From an uncultured Actinomycetes bacterium (GTDB lineage: Bacteria > Actinomycetota > Acidimicrobiia > IMCC26256 > JANYLB01), in assembly GCA_963837715.1 (NCBI GenBank), contig CAWIOF010000004.1, forward strand, positions 1,222,552 to 1,286,551: a DNA stretch of 64,000 nucleotides. Reading direction: 5' to 3'. Below are positions 1 to 9,581 of this stretch, piece after piece. The notes below the pieces were generated by a model. That model was not told the DNA's origin and did not search any database. It was given only the letters and a program-made list of their open reading frames with translations. Made by a program: the position numbers and the translations under genes. Every line of letters starts with the position of its first letter. Positions within the stretch are counted from its first letter, which is position 1.

Positions 1-996
1 GGCGTGTTCGAAGCCGCGGCGGCACTGGCGATCGAGCGTCGACGACTGGTCGGCGGATTGTGGTTGCTGGCGGCGGCGTCGGTGGCGGTGCTCAACCTCG
101 ACGCCGCCGTGGTGCTGCTCACGCCGCTCTTCGTGCGGATCGCCCGGCAAGTCGGCATCGATGCCGTCGCACTTGCGTTCCAGCCCGTGCTGCTCGCGTG
201 TCTCGCGTCGTCGTTGCTGCCCGTCTCGAACCTCACCAACCTGATCGCGGCCCAGGAGCGCGGCCTCGGCTCGGCTGACTTCCTCGTCCATCTCGGGCCG
301 GCCACGGTCGTGGCGGTGGCCGTGGGGTGGTGGTGCTATTGCCGCACCTTCGACCTCGTACCCGTTCCCGGCGGTGGATCGGTTGCGGTGGGAGCGCCCG
401 ACTCGCCGGATGGCACCGCGCCCGATCGCGCCGCGCTGGTCACGGGTGGATGCGTGGTCGCCTACCTGGTGGTCGGGTTCGGGATCGGGCCCGCGCTCGG
501 TGTCGAGCCGTGGGCGGTGGCGGGCCTGGCCGTGGTGGTCCTGATGGTCCGGGCCCGCGCCGCCCCCTGGCAGACGATCCCGTGGACCACTGCGATCCTG
601 GCGGGTTCGCTGGCGGTGCTCGCGACGGCGGCGGCGTCGCACCTGCCGGTCGACGCCTGGGTCCGGGGCACCGGCCCGGCCGCCTCGGCCCGGGTCGTGG
701 CCCTCTCGGCGCTGGGGGCGAACCTGGTGAACAACCTGCCTGCGTTCATCGTCGGCTCGCACGGCATCGGCCCGGGGGCGCCCTCGACGCTCTGGGCGCT
801 GCTCTTCGGAGTCAACGTCGGCCCGACCGTGCTCGTCACCGGGTCGTTGGCCGGTCTGCTGTGGCTCGAAGCGGTCCGCCGCCTCGGACTCCCGGTCGAC
901 GCGCGGGAGTTCGCGCGGGTGGGCATCCGGGTCGGGATCCCGGCGCTCGTCGCGGGCATGGCGGTCCTCGTGGGCTGGGAGTGGCTCCTCGGGTGA
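1..996 (+). CDS. ArsB/NhaD-superfamily membrane permease, 5' end outside window
   Basis: ORF 4..996 stays open to the window edge. Polytopic hydrophobic protein with LPVSNLTNLIA and NLVNNLPAF motifs typical of ArsB/NhaD/citrate-transporter-type permeases. Confidence 0.6.
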   Translation, partial: GVFEAAAALAIERRRLVGGLWLLAAASVAVLNLDAAVVLLTPLFVRIARQVGIDAVALAFQPVLLACLASSLLPVSNLTNLIAAQERGLGSADFLVHLGPATVVAVAVGWWCYCRTFDLVPVPGGGSVAVGAPDSPDGTAPDRAALVTGGCVVAYLVVGFGIGPALGVEPWAVAGLAVVVLMVRARAAPWQTIPWTTAILAGSLAVLATAAASHLPVDAWVRGTGPAASARVVALSALGANLVNNLPAFIVGSHGIGPGAPSTLWALLFGVNVGPTVLVTGSLAGLLWLEAVRRLGLPVDAREFARVGIRVGIPALVAGMAVLVGWEWLLG

Positions 997-1007
997 GATC
1001 CGTCGGG

Positions 1008-3120
1008 TTGCACCTCATCCAGGTGCACGAGCGTGCCGATAGACCGGACGTGGAACCCGCGGACGAGCGAGACGACGATGTCCTCCAGTCGAGCGAGGGC
1101 CGGTGGCGGACCCTCGTGGCGAACACCCGCGACATCGTGTCGGTCATCGGGCCCGACGGTCGCTTCACCTACGTGAGCCCCGCGATCGAGCGGATCCTGG
1201 GCTGGCCCGCCGCGGACCTGGTGGGGATGGCCGCCGACGACGGCCTGCACCCCGATGATCGGGGCGTGACCACCCGACGGCTCGAAGAGTACGCGGAGAC
1301 CGACGGCACCGGGGATCCGGTCGAGTACCGGGTGCCGACCACCGACGGGACCTGGCGTTTCCTCGAAGCCGTGGCGACCGACCTCCGCGACGATCCGGCG
1401 ATCGGTGGCATCGTGATCAACGCGCGCGACATCACCGAACGCAAACGCGCCGAGGCGTTGCTCGCCAACCAGAGTGCCGTGCTCGAGCTCGTCGCCCGCG
1501 GCGAACCGCTCGCGGCCACCCTCGACCGGATCTCGACCATGGTGCACGAGCACGCTCCCGACGCCGCCGCCTCGATCGTCGTGCAGGACGCACATGAACC
1601 TGCGCCCGCTTCGCCCACCGGATGGCGCCAACAGATCGTCGACGCCGAGACCGGTGCGGTCCTCGGGTACGTCGCCCTCGATCCCGCGGCGCGGCGGTTC
1701 CCGACGACCGAAGAGCAACGCGTGGCCGTCTTGGCTGCGAACCTCGCATCGATCGCGATCGCCCAGGCCCGCGCCGTCGAGCAGCTCGCACACCAGGCCC
1801 GACACGATCCGCTCACGGGGCTCGTCAACCGCGAGGTCTTCCTCGAACGACTCGAAGCGGCTCTCGCCGGCGCCGAGGTCCGCGGCGAGACCATCGCCGT
1901 GTTGTTCCTCGACCTCGACCGGTTCAAGGACGTCAACGACACCCTGGGCCACGACATCGGCGATCGCGTGCTCGTGGCCCTGGCCCGCCGACTCGAGAGC
2001 GCGGTGCGCCTCGGCGACACCGTCGCCCGTCTCGGGGGTGACGAGTTCGTGCTCGTGTGTCGCGTGGAGGGACGGCAACACGCGCAGCTGGTCGCCGACC
2101 GGGTGCTCGACCACGTGCGCAACCCTTACACGATCGGTGAACACGTCGTGGAGCTCACCGCCAGCATCGGCATCGCACTCGGAGTCGAGGCGCGAGACGC
2201 GGCCGGGCTGCCCACCGGGATCCCGGCCGATCTCCTGCGCGACGCCGACGTGGCGATGTACCGGGCGAAGGAACGCGGTCGGGCCCGGGCCGAGGTCTTC
2301 GACGACTCGCTCCGTACCCGTCTGGTGACCCGGACGGAGACCGAGCAGGCGCTCCGACGTGCGCTCGAACGCCACGAGTTCGAACTGGCGTACCAACCGA
2401 TCTACGCGCTCGACGACGGCGCGCTCGCGTCGTGCGAGGCGCTGCTGCGGTGGCGTCGCCCCGGCCAGGGCCTCGTGCTCCCGGGCGAGTTCATCGAGGC
2501 AGCCGAGGTGCTCGGCCTGATCGTCCCGATCGGTGCCTGGGTGCTGCGCGAGGCCTGCCTGCAGTTCGCCGCCTGGCAGCGCGCCGATCGGGCCGCGTCC
2601 CGGTTCACGCTCTCGGTGAACGTGTCACCCAACCAGCTCGTGCACCCGGGGTTCGTCGGGTCGGTACGGTCGATCCTCGCCGAGACCGGAGTCGCGCCGG
2701 AACTGCTGTCGCTGGAGATGACCGAGCGCGCGCTGCTTGGCGATCTCGTCGAGCGCGCTCCTGGCGCTCGACGAACTGCGCGACCTCGGCGTGTCGGTCT
2801 GGCTCGACGACTTCGGCACCGGGTACTCGTCGCTCGAGTACCTCAAGCGACTCTCGCTCGACGGCCTCAAGCTCGACCGCTCGTTCGTGAACGGCCTCGC
2901 GACCGATGCAGCCGACGAGGCGATCGTCGGCGCCGTGATCACGATGGCCCACGCACTCGGTATGGCGGTCGTCGGTGAGGGAGTCGAACACGTCGAGCAG
3001 CAGCACCGCCTCGCCCACCTCGCCTGCGACTACGCCCAGGGCTTCCTGTTCGCCCGTCCCCTCTCCGCGGGCGCGTTCAACGAGCAGATCCTCGAGGCTG
3101 CAGACCGCGTCACCGCCTGA
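1008..3120 (+). pseudogene. PAS-GAF-GGDEF-EAL c-di-GMP signalling protein, frame-disrupted (or sequencing error)
   Basis: The frame of ORF 327..2978 (real part from TTG 1008 or GTG 1023) has PAS (GRFTYVSPAIERILGW), GGDEF (RLGGDEFVLV) and the first half of EAL (CEALLRW, LEMTER). The second half of EAL (WLDDFGTGYSSLEYL, KLDRSF) lies in ORF 2737..3120, one frame over. Junction about 2735-2757; total length is 3n+1. Confidence 0.85.
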
Positions 3121-3517
3121 ACTCCCCGCGGGTGGCCTGATCCAGGATGGCTCGGGCCCATTCGACGTCGGGGCGGGGGCGACGGTGGGTCGCGAGCTCG
3201 TCCGGGACGTCGATTTCGAGGCGGACCAGTGCGCCGCCGAGGGTCTTGCCGAGGTTGTCGCTTCGCAAGGTCCGCGGGCCGCCACCGCCGAGCGCGGCGC
3301 GCAGCACGAAGTTCAAGGCCCGGACGTTGGGAACCTCGTAGCGCACCACCGTGCCGCGCACCATCGAGCCAAAGTGTGCTTTCACCCGTTCGGCGGTGAC
3401 CTCGCGCACGATCAGGGCGTACGTGTCGTCGTCGTCGGCGAAGATCGCGACGTCGGACACGTCGCCTTTGTCGCCGGCGCGGTAGCCGCACAGTTCCCGG
3501 AGCTGGAGGCGGGCCAT
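3110..3517 (-). CDS. small conserved partner protein of AtuA-like genes (DUF4387-like)
   Basis: Internal ATG at 3517 of ORF 3110..3826; the upstream part of that ORF is Arg-rich noise. The ATG overlaps the stop of the upstream AtuA-like gene by 1 nt. Strong third-position GC bias. The family name is recalled from typical AtuA neighbourhoods and is not verified. Confidence 0.6.
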   Translation of the reverse strand: MARLQLRELCGYRAGDKGDVSDVAIFADDDDTYALIVREVTAERVKAHFGSMVRGTVVRYEVPNVRALNFVLRAALGGGGPRTLRSDNLGKTLGGALVRLEIDVPDELATHRRPRPDVEWARAILDQATRGEFRR

Positions 3518-4917
3518 CAGATCTCCTCGCCCGACACCGCTTCGAGGGTCACGGTGACATGCGGGTCGACCACCGACTTGTCGACGAGTGTGGGCCAGAT
3601 CGTCAGGAGCTCGCTCGCGCCTCCGGGTCCGCCGCGTCCCATCCCGGTGAGTCCGGCGGGGGGCGCCGACAACGTCAGTGGTGTCATCTCGCGGGCGACG
3701 AGCGCGGCGGTGCGTTCGTCGTCGCATCGCCACGCGACGCGCATCACGACCTCGGGAGGTTCGGCGTCGGTCTCGGGCACGGTCGGGCCGCCGAGTGCGT
3801 CGACGCCCCATCGCTCGAAGCACCACTCGCGCACCTCATGCCCGGCCTGCTCGACCCGCTGCACGAAGATCGCTGCAGCGACCTCGGCCTTCTCCCGCGC
3901 GTCGGGCCACGAGAACGCGACCTTCGCCTCGCCGGCCCAACCCGAATGGTGCGCGACCAGCGCCTTGTAGGTGTCGGTCGCGGGACGGCCCCGCACGTCG
4001 GTCACCCGGACCCGGTCGTCGCCGAGGTCGGTGAACGTGGCCGACGCGAAGTCGGCGACGACGTCGGGCGACAGGTAGGCCGCGGGGTCGTGCACCTCGT
4101 ACAGGAGCTGGTGGCGCACCGTGTCGACGTCGACACGTCCGCCGCTCGCCTTCGGCTTCGTGATCACCGCGGTCCCGTCGGCTTCGACCTCGGCGATCGG
4201 ATACGGGAGGTCCCACGGGTGGGGGACCGTCCACCACTCGCCGCTGAAGTTGCCGCCCGCGACCTGCCCCGAGCACTCGAGCAGGTGGCCCACGAGGATG
4301 CCTGCGGCGAGCCTGTCCCAGTCGTCGAACGACCAGCCGTGCTCGAAGATCAGCGGGGCGAGGAACAGTGCGGCATCGGCGACGCGGCCGGTGATCACGA
4401 CGTCGGCCCCTTGCTCCAACGCCTCGACGATCGGTCGTGCACCGAGGTACGCGGCTGCGAATCGAGGTGACTCGGGCAGCGAGGTGAACGACTCGCCGGT
4501 GTCGAGGTTCACGAGCGACGGGCCGATCTCGTCGATGCGGGGCATGAGGTCGTCGCCGAGGACCGTGGCGATCGTGATGCCCGAGACACCCATCGACCGC
4601 GCCGTCTCGACCGCGGCGCGGGCAGCCGCAGTCGGGTTGATGCCACCCGCGTTGGTGATCAACTTCGTGCGCCCGCCCGCGATCGCAGGGAGCGCAGCAC
4701 CGAGATAGCGGGGGAGATCGCGGGTATACCCGCGCGACTCGTCGCGCTGCTTGTCCTTCTGCAGGATTGCGAGCGTGAGCTCCGCGAGCGCTTCGAGGCA
4801 GAGGTAGTCGATCCCGTCGTCGAGCAACCCGGCGACGGAACTCGGCGTGTCGCCGTAGAACCCCTGCCCTCCCGCGACTCTGATGGTTCGTTCCGCTGCG
4901 CCGCCTCGATCGCTCAC
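3517..4917 (-). CDS. AtuA-like (DUF1446) acyclic-terpene-utilisation family protein
   Basis: ORF 3517..4938. N-terminal RVAGGQGFYGD and LITNAGGINP motifs. GTG 4917 is preceded by GAAGG at good spacing; TTG 4938 is the alternative start. Confidence 0.75.
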   Translation of the reverse strand: MSDRGGAAERTIRVAGGQGFYGDTPSSVAGLLDDGIDYLCLEALAELTLAILQKDKQRDESRGYTRDLPRYLGAALPAIAGGRTKLITNAGGINPTAAARAAVETARSMGVSGITIATVLGDDLMPRIDEIGPSLVNLDTGESFTSLPESPRFAAAYLGARPIVEALEQGADVVITGRVADAALFLAPLIFEHGWSFDDWDRLAAGILVGHLLECSGQVAGGNFSGEWWTVPHPWDLPYPIAEVEADGTAVITKPKASGGRVDVDTVRHQLLYEVHDPAAYLSPDVVADFASATFTDLGDDRVRVTDVRGRPATDTYKALVAHHSGWAGEAKVAFSWPDAREKAEVAAAIFVQRVEQAGHEVREWCFERWGVDALGGPTVPETDAEPPEVVMRVAWRCDDERTAALVAREMTPLTLSAPPAGLTGMGRGGPGGASELLTIWPTLVDKSVVDPHVTVTLEAVSGEEI

Positions 4918-4984
4918 CTGTTCACACCTTCTGGCCAATGTCCGGCGGCTCCGCTGCGCTCACGTGGGCTCACCCGAATCGCGC

Positions 4985-6424
4985 TCATGCGAAGACCCGC
5001 GGTCGCCGTTGGGCCCAGGGGTCGGCGGTCTCCAGTTGGGCGGCGACGCGGAGGAGTAGGTCTTCGCGGCCGTACGCGGCGACGAGGTGCACCCCGATGG
5101 GGAGTCCGGCGGCGTTCTCGTGGAGGGGGAGCGAGATCGCGGGCTGGCCGGTCTGGTTCGCGACCGGGGTGTACGGCGTGAACGAGCCAGACCGGGCGTA
5201 TCCCTGCAGTGGCTCCTCGGGTGTCTGCAGCACGCCGAGCTCGAGCGGCGGTTCACCCAGCGTCGGGGTGAGCAGCAGGTCGAACCCATCGGCCCACCAC
5301 TGCTGCACCCGTCGGGAGAAGGCCTGCATCCTCGTGATCGCGTCGAGGAAGTCGGTGCCGCGCTGTGAACGACCGTGTTCGGCCTGCCACCAGGTGAGCG
5401 GTTCGACGTCGTCGGCGGTGAGGTCGCGGCCGACGGCGGCACCGAAGGCATCGAGGTTCGACGCCGCGAGCGTCGCCCAGATCGGGATGAACGCGGAGAT
5501 GCGGTCGGGCTCGTCGCAGGCCGCGGGATGTGAGACCTCGACGTGGTGGCCGAGCGTCTCGAGCAGCTTCGCGGCGCGTTCCGCAGCCGCCACGCAGTCG
5601 GGATGCACCGGCTCGCCCGTCTCGGGCATGGTCGTCATGATGCCGATCCGCAGTCGGCCCGGATCGGCACCGACCTCGTCGACGAACGGGCGCACGTTCG
5701 ACGGGGCGAGCACGGGGTCTCCGACCTCTGCGCCGGCAGCGACGTCGAGCAGTGCGGCGCAGTCGCGCACGCTCTTCGTGACGGTGAACTGGACCGACAG
5801 GAACCGCGAGAGCTCGCCCAGCGCGGGACCGAGCGAGACCCGGCCCCGTGATGTCTTCAACCCCACGAGGCCGCAACAGCTCGCGGGGATCCGGATCGAC
5901 CCGCCGCCGTCGCTCGCGTGCGCGGCGGGAACCATCCCACTGGCCACGGCGGCCGCTGATCCACCGCTCGACCCACCGGGGGTCCGGGAGACGTCCCAGG
6001 GGTTGTGGGTGGGGCCGTACGAGGTCGGCTCCGTGGTGGGCATGATCCCCAGCTCGGGGCTGCTCGCCTTGCCGAGCACGACGAGGCCGGCGGCGCGGAA
6101 GCGACGGGCGAGGTTGGTGGTGACGGGCGATCGGTGATCGGCGTCCTTCAGTGCCTGCATCCCCTCGTAGGCCGGCTCGCCTTCGAACGCGCAGGCCAGG
6201 TCCTTGAAGAGGAAGGGGACGCCGCGGAACGGGCCGTCGGGGAGGTCGGGTGACGCCGCCTCGGCCCGGGCCCGGTCGAACCGGTCCGTCGTCATGGCCT
6301 TGACGATCGGCTGGAGCCGCTCGATGCGGGCGATGGCGGCGTCGACCAGCTCGAGTGGGCTCGCGGTGCCGTTGCGCACCAGCTCTGCCTGGCCCGTGGC
6401 GTCGAGTGCAGCGAGATCATCCAC
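4985..6424 (-). CDS. amidase (amidase-signature family), paralog 1
   Basis: 479-aa ORF with GGSSGGSAAAVASGMVP and DGGGSIRIPASCCGLVGLK signature blocks. Confidence 0.9.
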   Translation of the reverse strand: MDDLAALDATGQAELVRNGTASPLELVDAAIARIERLQPIVKAMTTDRFDRARAEAASPDLPDGPFRGVPFLFKDLACAFEGEPAYEGMQALKDADHRSPVTTNLARRFRAAGLVVLGKASSPELGIMPTTEPTSYGPTHNPWDVSRTPGGSSGGSAAAVASGMVPAAHASDGGGSIRIPASCCGLVGLKTSRGRVSLGPALGELSRFLSVQFTVTKSVRDCAALLDVAAGAEVGDPVLAPSNVRPFVDEVGADPGRLRIGIMTTMPETGEPVHPDCVAAAERAAKLLETLGHHVEVSHPAACDEPDRISAFIPIWATLAASNLDAFGAAVGRDLTADDVEPLTWWQAEHGRSQRGTDFLDAITRMQAFSRRVQQWWADGFDLLLTPTLGEPPLELGVLQTPEEPLQGYARSGSFTPYTPVANQTGQPAISLPLHENAAGLPIGVHLVAAYGREDLLLRVAAQLETADPWAQRRPRVFA

Positions 6425-6548
6425 TCTGGTGGTTCCCCTCGGGAGGCGGCTCGGCCGACACTATCCCTGGATACGTTCCCGACGTCCGGCTCGCTAGCCT
6501 GCGACGGAATCGTCACTGCAGAGGCATCCGTTCCCACGAGAGGGCACC

Positions 6549-7970
6549 ATGGCACTCCACAAGAAGGCAACGCCGGCGAAGGCACCTCGCAAGCGCACGT
6601 CGTCGAAGACCTCGCCGATCGGCGACGCCGATCCGATCTTCGCCCGCAGTGGCGAGTCGCACGACATCCCCCGTCATGCCCTCCCGGCCGAAGGTATGCG
6701 CCCCGACACGGCGCGCCAGATGATCCACGACGAGCTCATGCTCGACGGCAACGCGCGACTGAACCTCGCCACGTTCGTGAGCACGTGGATGGAGCCCGAC
6801 GCGCGCCTGCTCATGGAAGAGACCTTCGACAAGAACATGATCGACAAGGACGAGTACCCGGCGACCGCCGAGCTCGAGTCTCGGTGCGTCAGCATGCTGA
6901 GCCGCCTCTGGAACTCGCCCGACAAGGAAGAGGCCACGGGCACGTCGACCACCGGCTCGAGCGAGGCCGCGATGCTCGCGGGCATGGCGCTCAAGTGGCG
7001 CTGGAAGGCCAAGCAGGAAGCGGCCGGCAAGTCGACCGCCAAGCCGAACATGGTCATGGGCTCGAACGTGCAGGTGTGCTGGGAGAAGTTCTGCCGGTAC
7101 TGGGAGGTCGAACCCCGCCTCGTGCCGATGGAGGGAGAGCGGTACCACATGACCGCGGAGCCGATGCTGCCCTTCGTCGACGAGAACACCATCGGCGTCA
7201 TCCCGGTGCTCGGCTCGACGTTCGACGGGAGCTACGAGCCCGTGGCCGAGATCTGCGCCGCGCTCGACAAGCTCGAGAAGGACACCGGACTCGACATCCC
7301 GGTGCACGTCGACGGCGCATCGGGCGGCTTCGTCGCCCCCTTCATCGACCCCGACCTCGAGTGGGACTTCCGCCTGCCGCGCGTCCAGTCGATCAACGCG
7401 TCGGGCCACAAGTACGGCCTCGTCTACCCCGGTGTCGGCTGGGTCATCTGGCGCAACCCGGAAGCGCTCCCCGACGAGCTCGTCTTCAACGTGAACTACC
7501 TCGGCGGGAACATGCCGACCTTCGCGTTGAACTTCTCCCGACCCGGGAGCCAGATCGTCGCGCAGTACTACAACTTCATCCGCCTCGGCTTCGACGGCTA
7601 CCGCCGCGTCCAACAGGCCGCGCGCGACATCGCTCTCGATCTCTCGGGTCACATCGCGAAGCTCGACCACTTCGAGCTCATCACCGACGGCAGTGAGCTC
7701 CCGGTGTTCGCGTTCCGGCTCTCCGACAGCGTGAAGAACTACACGGTGTTCCACGTGACCGAGTTGATGCGCGAACGTGGGTGGCTGCTGCCGGCGTACA
7801 CGTTCCCGGAGAACCGCCAGGATCTCGGTGCGATCCGCATCGTCGTGCGCAACGGTTTCACCCGTGACCTCGGCGAGCTGCTGCTCATCGACCTCAAGCG
7901 GGCCGTGACCTACCTCGACCGACTCGACCACCCGCTCCCGCCACTCGCCTTCCAGAGCTTCAGCCACTGA
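6549..7970 (+). CDS. gadB: glutamate decarboxylase (PLP-dependent)
   Basis: 473-aa ORF. LDGNARLNLATFVSTWMEP N-terminal block, SINASGHKYGLVYPGVGW PLP-lysine block, and a length typical of Gad. Confidence 0.9.
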   Translation: MALHKKATPAKAPRKRTSSKTSPIGDADPIFARSGESHDIPRHALPAEGMRPDTARQMIHDELMLDGNARLNLATFVSTWMEPDARLLMEETFDKNMIDKDEYPATAELESRCVSMLSRLWNSPDKEEATGTSTTGSSEAAMLAGMALKWRWKAKQEAAGKSTAKPNMVMGSNVQVCWEKFCRYWEVEPRLVPMEGERYHMTAEPMLPFVDENTIGVIPVLGSTFDGSYEPVAEICAALDKLEKDTGLDIPVHVDGASGGFVAPFIDPDLEWDFRLPRVQSINASGHKYGLVYPGVGWVIWRNPEALPDELVFNVNYLGGNMPTFALNFSRPGSQIVAQYYNFIRLGFDGYRRVQQAARDIALDLSGHIAKLDHFELITDGSELPVFAFRLSDSVKNYTVFHVTELMRERGWLLPAYTFPENRQDLGAIRIVVRNGFTRDLGELLLIDLKRAVTYLDRLDHPLPPLAFQSFSH

Positions 7971-8058
7971 CTCGACGGTCGAATCCGCTGCGGCGGCTCG
8001 ATCGCTCACCCATTTGCGCCCCGCGGCAGCTGTCCGCCGCCTCCGCTTCTTCTCCGGG
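7971..8058. repeat. single inverted copy of the modular intergenic repeat (modules X and Y)
   Basis: 7974-8010 matches the reverse complement of module X plus GCTCACC (35/37). 8032-8058 matches the reverse complement of module Y (24/27). The copy begins directly after the gad TGA (7968-7970). Confidence 0.75.
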
Positions 8059-8076
8059 TTCGCGTGGGAGAGGGAT

Positions 8077-9534
8077 TCAGGCGTGGTGGGGGGGAACTCG
8101 TTCGGCCCAGGGTTGGGCGGTCTCGAGCTGCGCGGCGATGCGGATGAGCAGGTCCTCGCGACCGAAGGCGCCGACGAGTTGCACGCCGACGGGCAGGCCG
8201 TCGGGCGTCCAGTGCATGGGGAGCGAGATAGCGGGCTGACCGCTCACGTTGAACTGCGCGGTGTACGGCACGAAGTCGGCCGAGCGCAGGAAACCACCGA
8301 GCGGGTTGTCGGGGGTGGAGTCGAACGTCCCGTGCTCCACGGGCGGTTCGCCGAGCGTCGGCGTCAGGAGGATGTCGAATCCGTCTCCTCCGTCGGCAGT
8401 GCCCGCCCACCACTGCGCAGCCTCCCGGTTCGCCTGACCGGCCGCGCCGACCGCTTCGATGAGTTGCGCGGCGGTGACCGTCCGGCCCATCTCGGCGAGC
8501 GCCCAGGTGAGGATCTCGACGTCGTCGGCGGTGATCGGCCGCCCGATCTTCTTCGCCCAACTGTCGAGCGCGGCGCCGCAATCGGCCGCCCACACCGCGC
8601 CGAACTGCATGATCAACTCTTCGTTGTCGAAGCCGGCCGGGCTCGACGCCTCGACGTGGTGGCCGAGCGACTCGAGCAACCTCGCGGTTCCCTCCGCAGC
8701 CGCGACACATTCGGGATCGATGGCCGTCGCGCCGATCGGGTTGTGCGTGAGCACGCCGATCTTGAGCCGACCGGGATCAGCGCCGACCTCCTCGACGTAC
8801 GGGCGCGCGGGTGCGGGCGCGTGCGTCGGGTCGCCCGGGAACGGGCCGGAGATCGCGTCGAGCACCGCGGCGGTGTCGCGCACGCTGCGCGAGAGGCAAC
8901 CCTCGACGATGAGGAAGCTGGAGATCTCGTCGTACTCGGGCCCGACCGACGTGCGACCGCGTGTCGGCTTGAGTCCGACGAGCCCACAACAGCTCGCGGG
9001 GATGCGGATCGATCCGCCACCGTCGTTGCCGTGCGCGACCGGCACCATGCCGCTCGCGACCGCGGCGGCGGATCCGCCCGACGACCCACCGCTCGTTCGA
9101 CCGAGCATCCACGGGTTGTGCGTCGGGCCGTACGCAACCGGCTCCGTGGTCGGGACCAGTCCCTGCTCCGGCGTGTTGGTGCGCCCGAGCGGAACGAAGC
9201 CCGCCGCGAGGTACTGCTTCGTGAGGTTGTCGGTGTGGGTCGCCCGGTAGCCGGCCTCCTTCGCGACCCGCATCCCCTCGCCGTACGGCTCACCCTCCTG
9301 CGCGCACATCAGGTCCTTGAACAGCGTGGGTACGCCGCGGAACGGGCCATCAGGCAGATCTCCCGCCGCCTCGGCGCGCGCCTTGTCGAACCGCTCGTGG
9401 ATCACCGCGTTGATGTCGCCGTTCAGCTTCTCGATCCGGTTGATGGCGGCGTCGACCAGTTCGAGGGGGCTGGCCTGGCCGGTGCGGACGAGGTCGGCCT
9501 GGGCGGTGGCATCGAGGAACGCGAGATCGGTCAT
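8077..9534 (-). CDS. amidase (amidase-signature family), paralog 2
   Basis: ATG at 9534 inside ORF 8077..10209 (MTDLAFLDATAQ...). Same signature blocks as paralog 1. The upstream 225 codons of the ORF are Arg/Pro-rich and overlap the next gene. Confidence 0.9.
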   Translation of the reverse strand: MTDLAFLDATAQADLVRTGQASPLELVDAAINRIEKLNGDINAVIHERFDKARAEAAGDLPDGPFRGVPTLFKDLMCAQEGEPYGEGMRVAKEAGYRATHTDNLTKQYLAAGFVPLGRTNTPEQGLVPTTEPVAYGPTHNPWMLGRTSGGSSGGSAAAVASGMVPVAHGNDGGGSIRIPASCCGLVGLKPTRGRTSVGPEYDEISSFLIVEGCLSRSVRDTAAVLDAISGPFPGDPTHAPAPARPYVEEVGADPGRLKIGVLTHNPIGATAIDPECVAAAEGTARLLESLGHHVEASSPAGFDNEELIMQFGAVWAADCGAALDSWAKKIGRPITADDVEILTWALAEMGRTVTAAQLIEAVGAAGQANREAAQWWAGTADGGDGFDILLTPTLGEPPVEHGTFDSTPDNPLGGFLRSADFVPYTAQFNVSGQPAISLPMHWTPDGLPVGVQLVGAFGREDLLIRIAAQLETAQPWAERVPPHHA

Positions 9535-9581
9535 GAACGGAGACGGTATCGGGACCCGGCCCGTCTGTCGTGCGGACGCTC

